Assembly (NCBI GenBank): GCA_964016885.1
Contig: OZ024742.1
Location: 30,752,001-30,816,000 of the forward strand
Direction: 5' to 3'
DNA: 64,000 bases
Source of the DNA: Eledone cirrhosa
Lineage: Eukaryota
This document shows positions 1-12,000 of the stretch, piece by piece. Positions within the stretch are counted from its first letter, which is position 1. Every line of letters starts with the position of its first letter. Under the pieces are notes generated by a model. That model saw only the letters and a list, made by a program, of their open reading frames with translations, searched no databases and was not told where the DNA came from. The position numbers were made by a program, and so were the translations under genes.

Positions 1-3000
1 GTAGTCTCTCTTAGTCCTAACTTGGTGTGGTCTCCCTCAGTCCTAAGTTGGTGTGGTCTCTCTCAGTCCTAAGTTGGTGTGGTCTATCTCACTCCTAAGT
101 TGGTGTGGTCTCTCTCAGTCCTAAGTTGGTGTGGTCTCTCTCATTCCTAACTTGGTGTAGTCTCTTTCAGTCCTAAGTTGGTGTGTTCTCTCTCAGTCCT
201 AACTTGGTGTGGTCTCTTTCATTCCTTACTTGGTGTAGTCTCTCTCAGTCCTAAGTTGGTGTGGTCTCTCTCAGGCCTAACTAGGAGTAGTCTCTCTCAG
301 TCCTAAGTTGGTGTGGTCTCTCTCAGTCCTAACTTGGTGTGGTCTCTCTCAGTCCTAAGTTGGTGTGGTCTCTCTCATTCCTAACTTGGTGTAGTCTCTT
401 TCAGTCCTAAGTTGGTGTGTTCTCTCTCAGTCCTAACTTGGTGTGGTCTCTCTCATTCCTTACTTGGTGTAGTCTCTCTCAGTCCTAACTTGGTGTAGTC
501 TCTCTCAATCCTAAGTTGGTGTCGTCTCTCTCAGGCCTAACTAGGAGTAGTCTCTCTCAGTCCTAAGTTGGTGTGGTCTCTCTCAGTCCTAAGTTGGTGT
601 AGTCTCTCTCAGTCCGAACTTGGTGTGGTCTCTCTCAGTCCTAACTTGTTGTGGTCTCTCTCAGTCCTACGTTTGTGCTGTCTCTCTCTCAGTCCTAACT
701 TGGTGTGGTCTCTCGCAGTCCTAACTTGGTGTAGTCTCTCTACGTCCTAACTTGGTGTGGTCTCTCTCAGTCCGAACTTGGTGTGGTCTCTCTCAGTCCT
801 AACTTGGTGTAGTCTCACTCAGTCCTAAGTTGGTGTGGTCTCTCTCAGTCCTAACTTGGTGTAGTCTCTCTCAGTCGTAACTTGGTGTGGTCTCTCTAAG
901 TACTAACTTGGTGTAGTCTCTCTCAGTCCTAACATGGTGTAGTCTCTCTCAGTCTTAACTTGGTGTAGTCTCTCTCAGTCCTTACTTGGTGTAGTCTCTG
1001 TCAGTCCTAACTTGGTGTGGTCTCCCTCAGTCCTAAGTTGGTGTGGTCTCTCTCAGTCCTAACTTGGTGTGGTCTCTCTCAGTCCTTACTTGGTGTGGTC
1101 TCTCTCACTCCTAACTTGGTGTGGTCTCTCTCAGTCCTTACTTGGTGTAGTCACTCTCAGTCCTAACTTGGTATAGTCTCTCTCAGTCGTAACTTGGTGT
1201 AGTCTCTCTCAGTCGTAACTTCGTGTAGTCTCTCTCAGTCCTAAGTTGGTGTGGTCTCTCTCAACCCTAACTTGGTGTAGTCTCTCTCAGTCCTAACTTG
1301 TTGTGGTCTCTCTCAGTCCTAACTTGGTGTAGTCTCTCTCAGTTCTAACTTGGTGTAGTCTCTCTCAGTCCTAAGTTGGTGTGGTCTCTCTCAGTCCTAA
1401 CTTGGTGTGGTCTCTCTCAGTCCTAACTTAGTGTAGTCTCTCTCAGTCCTAAGTTGGTGTGCTCTCTCTCAGTCCTAACTTGGTGTAGTCTCTCTCAGTC
1501 CTAAGTTGGTGTGGTCTCTCTCAGTCCTAAGTTGGTGTAGTCTCTCTCAGTCCGAACTTGGTGTGGTCTCTCTCAGTCCTAACTTGTTGTGGTCTCTCTG
1601 AGTCCTAAGTTCGTGCTGTCTCTCTCTCGGTCCTAACTTGGTGTGGTATCTCTCAGTCCTCACTTGGTGTAGTCTCTCTCAGTCCTAATTTGGTGTAGTC
1701 TCTCTCAGTCCTCACTTGGTGTGGTCTCTCTAACACCTAACTTGGTGTAGTCTCTCTCAGTCCTAACATGGTGTAGTCTCTCTCAGTCTTAACTTGGTGT
1801 AGTCTCTCTCAGTCCTTACTTGGTGTACTCTCTCTCAGTTCTAACTTGGTGTAGTCTGTCTCAGTCCTAATTTGGTGTAGTCTCTCTCAGTCGTAACTTG
1901 GTGTGGTCTCTCTAACTCCTAACTTGGTGTAGTCTCTCTCAGTCCTAACATGGTGTAGTCTCTCTCAGTCTTAACTTGGTGTAGTCTCTCCTAGTCCTTA
2001 CTTGGTGTACTCTCTCTCAGTCCTAACTTGGTGTGGTCTCCCTCAGTCCTAAGTTGGTGTGGTCTCTCTCAGTCCTAACTTGGTGTGGTCTCTCTCAGTC
2101 CTAAGTTGGTTTGGTCTCTCTCAGTCCTAACTTGGTGTGTTCTCTCTCAGTCCTTACTTGGTGTAGTCACTCTCAGTCCTAACTTGGTGTAGTCTCTCTC
2201 AGTCCTAAGTTGGTGTGGTCTCTCTCAGTCCTAACTTGATGTGGTCTCTCTCAGTCCTAACTTGGTGTAGTCTCTCTCAGTCCTACGTTGGTGTGGTCTA
2301 TCTCACTCCTAAGTTGGTGTGGTCTCTCTCAGTCCTAAGTTGGTGTGGTCTCTCTCATTCCTAACTTGGTGTAGTCTCTTTCAGTCCTAAGTTGGTGTGT
2401 TCTCTCTCAGTCCTAACTTGGTGTGGTTTCTCTCATTCCTTACTTGGTGTAGTCTCTCTCAGTCCTAACTTGGTGTAGTCTCTCTCAGTCCTAAGTTGGT
2501 GTGGTGTCTCTCAGTCCTAACTTGGTGTAGTCTCTCTCAGTCCTAAGTTTGTGTGGTCTCTCTCAGTCCTAACTAGGTGTAGTCTCTCTCAGTCCTAAGT
2601 TGGTGTAGTCTCTCTCAGTCCGAACTTGGTGTGGTCTCTCTCAGTCCTAACTTGTTGTGGTCTCTCTCAGTCCTAAGTTCGTGCTGTCTGTCTCTCAGTC
2701 CTAACTTGGTGTGGTCTCTCTCAGTCCTAACTTGGTGTAGTCTCTCTACGTCCTAACTTTGTGTGGTCTCTCTCACTCCTTAGTTGGTGTGGTCTCTCTC
2801 AGTCCTAACTTGGTGTAGTCTCTCTCAGTCCTAAGTCGGTGTGGTGTCTCTCAGTCCTAACTTGGTGTAGTCACTCTCAGTCGTAACTTGGTGTGGTCTC
2901 TCTAACTCCTAACTTGGTGTAGTCTCTCTCAGTCCTAACATGGTGTAGTCTCTCTCAGTCTTAACTTGGTGTAGTCTCTCTCAGTCCTTACTTAGTGTAG

Positions 3001-6000
3001 TCTCTCTCAGTCCTAACTTGGTGTAGTCTCTCTCAGTCCTAACATGGTGTAGTCTCTCTCAGTCTTAACTTGGTGTAGTCTCTCTCAGTCGTAACTTCGT
3101 GTAGTCTCTCTCAGTCCTAAATTGGTGTGGTCTCTCTCAGTCCTAAGTTGGTGTGGTCTCTCTCAGTCCTAACTTGGTGTAGTCTCTCTCAGTCCAAACT
3201 TGTTGTGGTCCCTCTCAGTCCTAACTTGGTGTAGTCTCTCACAGTCCTAAGTTGGTGTGGTCTCTCTCAGTCCTAACTTGGTGTAGTCTCTCTCAGTCCT
3301 AAGTTGGTTTGGTCTCTCTCAGTCTAACTTGGTGTGTTCTCTCTCAGTCCTTACTTGGTGTAGTCACTCTCAGTCCTATCTTGGTGTAGTCTCTCTCAGT
3401 CCTAAGTTGGTGTGGTCTCTCTCAGTCCTAACTTGGTGTGGTCTCTCTCAGTCCTAACTTGGTGTAGTCTCTCTCAGTCCTAAGTTGGTGTGGTCTATCT
3501 CACTCCTAAGTTGGTGTGGTCTCTCTCAGTCCTAAGTTAGTGTGGTCTCTCTCATTCCTAACTTGGTGTAGTCTCTTTCAGTCCTAAGTTGGTGTGTTCT
3601 CTCTCAGTCCTAACTTGGTGTGGTTTCTCTCATTCCTTACTTGGTGTAATCTCTCTCAGTCCTAACTTGGTGTAGTCTCTCTCAGTCCTAAGGTGGTGTG
3701 GTGTGTCTCAGTCCTAACTTGGTGTAGTCTCTCTCAGTCCTAAGTTTGTGTGGTCTCTCTCAGTCCTAACTAGGTGTAGTCTCTCTCAGTCCTAAGTTGG
3801 TGTAGTCTCTCTCAGTCCGAACTTGGTGTGGTCTCTCTCAGTCCTAACTTGTTGTGGTCTCTCTCAGTCCTAAGTTCGTGCTGTCTCTCTCTCAGTCCTA
3901 ACTTGGTGTGGTCTCTCTCAGTCCTAACTTGGTGTAGTCTCTCTACGTCCTAACTTTGTGTGGTCTCTCTCACTCCTTAGTTGGTGTGGTCTCTCTCAGT
4001 CCTAACTTGGTGTAGTCTCTCTCAGTCGTAACTTGGTATGGTCTCTCTAACTCCTAACTTGGTGTAGTCTCTCTCAGTCCTAACATGGTGTAGTCTCTCT
4101 CAGTCTTAACTTGGTGTAGTCTCTCTCAGTCCTTACTTGGTGTAGTCTCTCTCAGTCCTAACTTGGTGTGGTCTCCCTCAGTCCTAAGTTGGTGTGGTCT
4201 CTCTCAGTCCTAACTTGGTGTGGTCTCTCTCAGTCCTAAGTTGGTGTGGTCTCTCTCAGTCCTAAGTTGGTGTGGTCTCTCTCAGTCCTAAGTTGGTGTG
4301 GTCTCTCTCAGTCCTTACTTGGTGTAGTCACTCTCAGTCCTAACGTGGTATAGTCTCTCTCAGTCGTAACTTGGTGTAGTCTCTCTCAGTCGTAACTTTG
4401 TGTAGTCTCTCTCAGTCCTAAGTTGGTGTGGTCTCTCTCAGTCCTAACTTGGTGTAGTCTCTCTCATTCCTAACTTGGTGTAGTCTCTCTCAGTCCTAAG
4501 TTGGTGTGGTCTCTCTCAGTCCTAAGTTCGTGTGGTCTATCTCAGTCCTAAGTTGGTGTGGTCTCTCTCAGTCCTAAGTTCGTGTGGTCTCTCTCATTCC
4601 TAACTTGGTGTAGTCTCTTTCAGTCCTAAGTTGGTGTGTTCTCTCTCAGTCCTAACTTGGTGTAGTCTCTCTCAGTCCTAAGTTGGTGTGGTCTCTCTCA
4701 GTCCTAACTTGGTGTAGTCTCTCTCAGTCCTAAGTTGGTGTGGTCTCTCTCAGTCCTAACTTGGTGCGGTCTCTCTCAGTCCTTACTTTCTGTAGTCACT
4801 CTCAGTCGTAACTTGGTGTAGTCTCTCTCAGTCCTAAGTTGGTGTGGTCTCTCTCAGTCCTAACTTGGTGTGTTCTCTCTCAGTCCTAACTTGGTGTAGT
4901 CTCTCTCAGTCCTAAGTTGGTGTGGTCTATCTCACTCCTAAGTTGGTGTGGTCTCTCTCAGTCCTAAGTTGGTGTAGTCTCTCTCGGTCCTAACTTGGTG
5001 AGGTCTCTCTCAGTCGTAACTTGGTGTAGTCTCTCTCAGTCCTTACTTAGTGTGGTCTCTCTCAGTCCTAACATGGTGTTGTCTCTCTCAGTCCTAACTT
5101 GGTGTGGTCTCTCTCAGTCGTAACTTGGTGTGGTCTCTCTCAGTCCTAAGTTGGTGTAGTCTCTCTCAGTCCTAACTTGGTGTGGTCTCTATTAGTCCTA
5201 ACTTGTTGTGGTCTCTCTCAGTCCTAAGTTCGTGCTGTCTCTCTCTCAGTCCTAACTTGGTGTGGTCTCTCTACGTCCTAACTTAGTGTGGTCTCTCTCA
5301 GTCCTAACTTGGTGTGGTCTCTCTCAGTCCTAACTTGGTGTTGTCTCTCTCACTCCTAAGTTGGTGTGGTCTCTCTCAGTCTTAACTTGGTGTAGTCTCT
5401 CTCTGTCTTAAGTTGGTGTGGTCTCTCTCAGTCCTAAGTTGGTGTGGTCTCTCTCAGTCCTAACTTGGTTTGGTCTCTCTCAATCCTAAGTTGGTGTAGT
5501 CTCTCTCAGTCCTAAGTTGGTGTGGTCTCTCTCAGTCCTTACTTGGTGTAGTCTCTCTCAGTCCTAACTTGGTGTGGTCTCCCTCAGTCCTAACTTGGTG
5601 TGGTCTCTCTCAGTCCTTACTTGGTGTGGTCTCTCTCACTCCTAACTTGGTGTGGTCTCTCTCAGTCCTTAATTGGTGTAGTCACTCTCAGTCCTAACTT
5701 GGTATAGTCTCTCTCAGTCGTAACTTGGTGTAGTCTCTCTCAGTCGTAACTTCGTGTAGTCTCTCTCAGTCCTAAGTTGGTGTGGTCTCTCTCAACCCTA
5801 ACGTGGTGTAGTCTCTCTCAGTCCTAACTTGTTGTGGTCTCTCTCAGTCCTAACTTGGTGTAGTCTCTCTCAGTCCTAACTTGGTGTAGTCTCTCTCAGT
5901 CCTAAGTTGGTGTGGTCTCTCTCAGTCCTAACTTGGTGTGGTCTCTCTCAGTCCTAACTTAGTGTAGTCTCTCTCAGTCCTAAGTTGGTGTTCTCTCTCT

Positions 6001-9000
6001 CAGTCCTAACTTGGTGTAGTCTCTCTCAGTCCTAAGTTGGTGTGGTCTCTCTCAGTCCTAAGTTGGTGTAGTCTCTCTCAGTCCGAACTTGGTGTGGTCT
6101 CTCTCAGTCCTAACTTGTTGTGGTCTCTCTGAGTCCTAAGTTCGTGCTGTCTCTCTCTCGGTCCTAACTTGGTGTGGTCTCTCTCAGTCCTAACTTGGCT
6201 TAGTCTCTCTACGTCCTAACTTGGGGTCGTCTCTCTCAGTCCTAACTTGGTGTGGTCTCTCTCAGTCCTAACTTGGTGTAGTCTCTCTCAGTCCTAACTT
6301 GGTGTAGTCTCTCTCAGTCGTAACTTGGTGTAATCTCTCTCAGTCCTAACATGGTGTAGTCTCTCTCAGTCTTAACTTGGTGTAGTCTCTCTCAGTCCTT
6401 ACTTGGTGTACTCTCTCTCAGTCCTAACTTGGTGTGGTCTCCCTCAGTCCTAAGTTGGTGTGGTCTCTCTCAGTCCTAACTTGGTGTGGTCTCTCTCAGT
6501 CCTAAGTTGGTGTGGTCTCTCTCAGTCCTAAGTTGGTGTGGTCTCTCTCAGTCCTAACTTGGTGTGGTCTCTCTCAGTCCTAACTTGGTGTGGTCTCTCT
6601 CAGTCCTAACTTGGTGTGGTCTCTCTCAGTCCTTACTTGGTGTAGTCAGCCTCAGTCCTAACTTGGTATAGTCTCTCACAGTCGTAACTTGGTGTAGTCT
6701 CTCTCAGTCGTAACTTTGTGTAGTCTCTCTCAGTCCTAAGTTGGAGTGGTCTCTCTCAGACCTAAGTTGGTGTGGTCTCTCTCAGTCCTAATTTGGTGTG
6801 GTCTCACTCAGTCCTTACTTGGTGTAGTCTCTCTCAGTCCTAACTTGGTGTAGTCTCTCTCAGTCCTAACTTGTTGTGGTCTCTCTCAGTCCTAACTTAG
6901 TGTAGTCTCTCTCAGTCCTAAGTTGGTGTGGTCTCTCTCAGTCCTAACTTAGTGTAGTCTCTCTCAGTCCTAAGTTGGTGTGGTCTCTCTCAGTCCTAAC
7001 CTGGTGTGGTCTCTCTCAGTCCTAACTTAGTGTAGTCTCTCTCAGTCCTAAGTTGGTGTGGTCTATCTCAGTCCTAAGTTGGTGTGGTCTCTCTCAGTCC
7101 TAAGTTGGTGTGGTCTCTCTCATTCCTAACTTGGTGTAGTCTCTTCCAGTCCTAAGTTGGTGTGTTCTCTCTCAGTCCTTACTTGGTGTAGTCTCTCTCA
7201 GTTCTAACTTGGTGTAGTCTCTCTCAGTCCTAACTTGGTGTGGTGTCTCTCAGTCCTAACTTGGTGTAGTCTCTCTCAGTCCTAAGTTGGTGTGGTCTCT
7301 CTCAGTCCTAACTAGGTGTAGTCTCTCTCAGTTCTAAGTTGGTGTGGTCTCTCTCAGTCCTAAGTTGGTGAAGTGTCTCTCAGTCCGAACATGGTGTGGT
7401 CTCTCTCAGTCCTATGTTGGTGTTGTCTCTCTCAGTCATTACTTGGTGTAGTCTCTCTTAGTCCTAACTTGGTGTGGTCTCCCTCAGTCCTAAGTTGGTG
7501 TGGTCTCTCTCAGTCCTAAGTTGGTGTGGTCTCTCTCAGTCCTAAGTTGGTGTGGTCTCTCTCAGTCCTAAGTTGGTGTGGTCTCTCTCAGTCCTAACTT
7601 GGTGTAGTCTCTCTCAGTCCTAACTTGGTGTGGTCTCTCTCAGTCCTTACTTAGTGTAGTCTCTCTCAGTCCTAACTTGGTGTGGTCTCCCTCAGTCCTA
7701 AGTTGGTGTGGTCTCTCTTAGTCCTAAGTTGGTGTGGTCTCTCTCAGTCCTAACTTGGTGTAGTCTCTCTCAGTCCTAAGTTGGTGTGGTCTCTCTCAGT
7801 CCTAACTTGGTGTGGTCTCTCTCAGCCCTAACTTGGTGTGGTCTCTCTCAGTCCTAACTTAGTGTAGTCTCTCTCAGTCCTAAGTTGGTGTGGTCTCTCT
7901 CAGTCCTAAGTTGGTGTAGTCTCTCTCAGTCCGAACTTGGTGTGGTCTATCTCAGTTCTAAGTTGGTGTGGTCTCTCTCAGTCCTAAGTTGGTGTGGTCT
8001 CTCTAAGTCCTAACTTGGTGTGGTCACTCTCAGTCCTAAGTTGGTGTGGTCTCTGTCAGTCCTAACTTGGTGTGGTCTCTCTCTGTCCTTACTTGGTGTA
8101 GTCACTCTCAGTCCTAACTTGGTGTAGTCTCTCTCAGTCCTAAGTTGGTGTGGTGTCTCTCAGTCCTAACTTGGTGTGGTCTCTCTCAGTCCTAACTTGG
8201 TGTAGTCTCTCTCAGTCCTAAGTTGGTGTGGTCTCTCTCAGTCCTAACTTGGTGTGGTCTCTCTCAGCCCTAACTTGGTGTGGTCTCTCTCAGTCCTAAC
8301 TTAGTGTAGTCTCTCTCAGTCCTAAGTTGGTGTGGTCTCTCTCAGTCCTTACTTGGTGTAGTCTCTCTCAGACCTAACTTGGTGTGGTCTCCCTCAGTCC
8401 TAAGTTGGTGTGGTCTCTCTCAGTCCTAAGTTGGTGTGGTCTATCTCACTCCTAAGTTGGTGTGGTCTCTCTCAGTCCTAAGTTGGTGTGGTCTCTCTCA
8501 TTCCTAACTTGGTGTAGTCTCTTTCAGTCCTAAGTTGGTGTGTTCTCTCTCAGTCCTAACTTGGTGTGGTCTCTTTCATTCCTTACTTGGTGTAGTCTCT
8601 CTCAGTCCTAAGTTGGTGTGGTCTCTCTCAGGCCTAACTAGGAGTAGTCTCTCTCAGTCCTAAGTTGGTGTGGTCTCTCTCAGTCCTAACTTGGTGTGGT
8701 CTCTCTCAGTCCTAAGTTGGTGTGGTCTCTCTCATTCCTAACTTGGTGTAGTCTCTTTCAGTCCTAAGAGGGTGTGTTCTCTCTCAGTCCTAACTTGGTG
8801 AGGTCTCTCTCATTCCTTACTTGGTGTAGTCTCTCTCAGTCCTAACTTGGTGTAGTCTCTCTCAATCCTAAGTTGGTGTCGTCTCTCTCAGGCCTAACTA
8901 GGAGTAGTCTCTCTCAGTCCTAAGTTGGTGTGGTCTCTCTCAGTCCTAAGTTGGTGTAGTCTCTCTCAGTCCGAACTTGGTGTGGTCTCTCTCAGTCCTA

Positions 9001-12000
9001 ACTTGTTGTGGTCTCTCTCAGTCCTACGTTTGTGCTGTCTCTCTCTCAGTCCTAACTTGGTGTGGTCTCTCGCAGTCCTAACTTGGTGTAGTCTCTCTAC
9101 GTCCTAACTTGGTGTGGTCTCTCTCAGTCCTAACTTGGTGTGGTCTCTCTCAGTCCTAACTTGGTGTAGTCTCACTCAGTCCTAAGTTGGTGTGGTCTCT
9201 CTCAGTCCTAACTTGGTGTAGTCTCTCTCAGTCGTAACTTGGTGTGGTCTCTCTAAGTACTAACTTGGTGTAGTCTCTCTCAGTCCTAACATGGTGTAGT
9301 CTCTCTCAGTCTTAACTTGGTGTAGTCTCTCTCAGTCCTTACTTGGTGTAGTCTCTGTCAGTCCTAACTTGGTGTGGTCTCCCTCAGTCCTAAGTTGGTG
9401 TGGTCTCTCTCAGTCCTAACTTGGTGTGGTCTCTCTCAGTCCTTACTTGGTGTGGTCTCTCTCACTCCTAACGTGGTGTGGTCTCTCTCAGTCCTTACTT
9501 GGTGTAGTCACTCTCAGTCCTAACTTGGTATAGTCTCTCTCAGTCGTAACTTGGTGTAGTCTCTCTCAGTCGTAACTTCGTGTAGTCTCTCTCAGTCCTA
9601 AGTTGGTGTGGTCTCTCTCAGTCCTAAGTTGGTGTGGTCTCTCTCAACCCTAACTTGGTGTAGTCTCTCTCAGTCCTAACTTGTTGTGGTCTCTCTCAGT
9701 CCTAACTTGGTGTAGTCTCTCTCAGTTCTAACTTGGTGTAGTCTCTCTCAGTCCTAAGTTGGTGTGGTCTCTCTCAGTCCTAACTTGGTGTGGTCTCTCT
9801 CAGTCCTAACTTAGTGTAGTCTCTCTCAGTCCTAAGTTGGTGTGCTCTCTCTCAGTCCTAACTTGGTGTAGTCTCTCTCAGTCCTAAGTTGGTGTGGTCT
9901 CTCTCAGTCCTAAGTTGGTGTAGTCTCTCTCAGTCCGAACTTGGTGTGGTCTCTCTCAGTCCTAACTTGTTGTGGTCTCTCTGAGTCCTAAGTTCGTGCT
10001 GTCTCTCTCTCGGTCCTAACTTGGTGTGGTCTCTCTCAGTCCTCACTTGGTGTAGTCTCTCTCAGTCCTAATTTGGTGTAGTCTCTCTCAGTCCTCACTT
10101 GGTGTGGTCTCTCTAACACCTAACTTGGTGTAGTCTCTCTCAGTCCTAACATGGTGTAGTCTCTCTCAGTCTTAACTTGGTGTAGTCTCTCTCAGTCCTT
10201 ACTTGGTGTACTCTCTCTCAGTTCTAACTTGGTGTAGTCTGTCTCAGTCCTAATTTGGTGTAGTCTCTCTCAGTCGTAACTTGTTGTGGTCTCTCTAACT
10301 CCTAACTTGGTGTAGTCTCTCTCAGTCCTAACATGGTGTAGTCTCTCTCAGTCTTAACTTGGTGTAGTCTCTCCTAGTCCTTACTTGGTGTACTCTCTCT
10401 CAGTCCTAACTTGGTGTGGTCTCCCTCAGTCCTAAGTTGGTGTGGTCTCTCTCAGTCCTAACTTGGTGTGGTCTCTCTCAGTCCTAAGTTGGTTTGGTCT
10501 CTCTCAGTCCTAACTTGGTGTGTTCTCTCTCAGTCCTTACTTGGTGTAGTCACTCTCAGTCCTAACTTGGTGTAGTCTCTCTCAGTCCTAAGTTGGTGTG
10601 GTCTCTCTCAGTCCTAACTTGATGTGGTCTCTCTCAGTCCTAACTTGGTGTAGTCTCTCTCAGTCCTAAGTTGGTGTGGTCTATCTCACTCCTAAGTTGG
10701 TGTGGTCTCTCTCAGTCCTAAGTTGGTGTGGTCTCTCTCATTCCTAACTTGGTGTAGTCTCTTTCAGTCCTAAGTTGGTGTGTTCTCTCTCAGTCCTAAC
10801 TTGGTGTGGTTTCTCTCATTCCTTACTTGGTGTAGTCTCTCTCAGTCCTAACTTGGTGTAGTCTCTCTCAGTCCTAAGTTGGTGTGGTGTCTCTCAGTCC
10901 TAACTTGGTGTAGTCTCTCTCAGTCCTAAGTTTGTGTGGTCTCTCTCAGTCCTAACTAGGTGTAGTCTCTCTCAGTCCTAAGTTGGTGTAGTCTCTCTCA
11001 GTCCGAACTTGGTGTGGTCTCTCTCAGTCCTAACTTGTTGTGGTCTCTCTCAGTCCTAAGTTCGTGCTGTCTGTCTCTCAGTCCTAACTTGGTGTGGTCT
11101 CTCTCAGTCCTAACTTGGTGTAGTCTCTCTACGTCCTAACTTTGTGTGGTCTCTCTCACTCCTTAGTTGGTGTGGTCTCTCTCAGTCCTAACTTGGTGTA
11201 GTCTCTCTCAGTCCTAAGTCGGTGTGGTCTCTCTCAGTCCTAACTTGGTGTAGTCTCTCTCAGTCGTAACTTGGTGTGGTCTCTCTAACTCCTAACTTGG
11301 TGTAGTCTCTCTCAGTCCTAACATGGTGTAGTCTCTCTCAGTCTTAACTTGGTGTAGTCTCTCTCAGTCCTTACTTGGTGTAGTCTCTCTCAGTCCTAAC
11401 TTGGTGTAGTCTCTCTCAGTCCTAACATGGTGTAGTCTCTCTCAGTCTTAACTTGGTGTAGTCTCTCTCAGTCGTAACTTCGTGTAGTCTCTCTCAGTCC
11501 TAAATTGGTGTGGTCTCTCTCAGTCCTAAGTTGGTGTGGTCTCTCTCAGTCCTAACTTGGTGTAGTCTCTCTCAGTCCAAACTTGTTGTGGTCCCTCTCA
11601 GTCCTAACTTGGTGTAGTCTCTCACAGTCCTAAGTTGGTGTGGTCTCTCTCAGTCCTAACTTGGTGTAGTCTCTCTCAGTCCTAAGTTGGTTTGGTCTCT
11701 CTCAGTCCTAACTTGGTGTGTTCTCTCTCAGTCCTTACTTGGTGTAGTCACTCTCAGTCCTAACTTGGTGTAGTCTCTCTCAGTCCTAAGTTGGTGTGGT
11801 CTCTCTCAGTCCTAACTTGGTGTGGTCTCTCTCAGTCCTAACTTGGTGTAGTCTCTCTCAGTCCTAAGTTGGTGTGGTCTATCTCACTCCTAAGTTGGTG
11901 TGGTCTCTCTCAGTCCTAAGTTGGTGTGGTCTCTCTCATTCCTAACTTGGTGTAGTCTCTTTCAGTCCTAAGTTGGTGTGTTCTCTCTCAGTCCTAACTT

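Noticed and set aside
568-9107. Two identical 60-aa ORFs (568-750, 8925-9107)
   Set aside because: Chance stop-free windows in the satellite with non-ATG starts, duplicated by the 8,357-bp HOR. 26 is not a multiple of 3 and stops recur on both strands.
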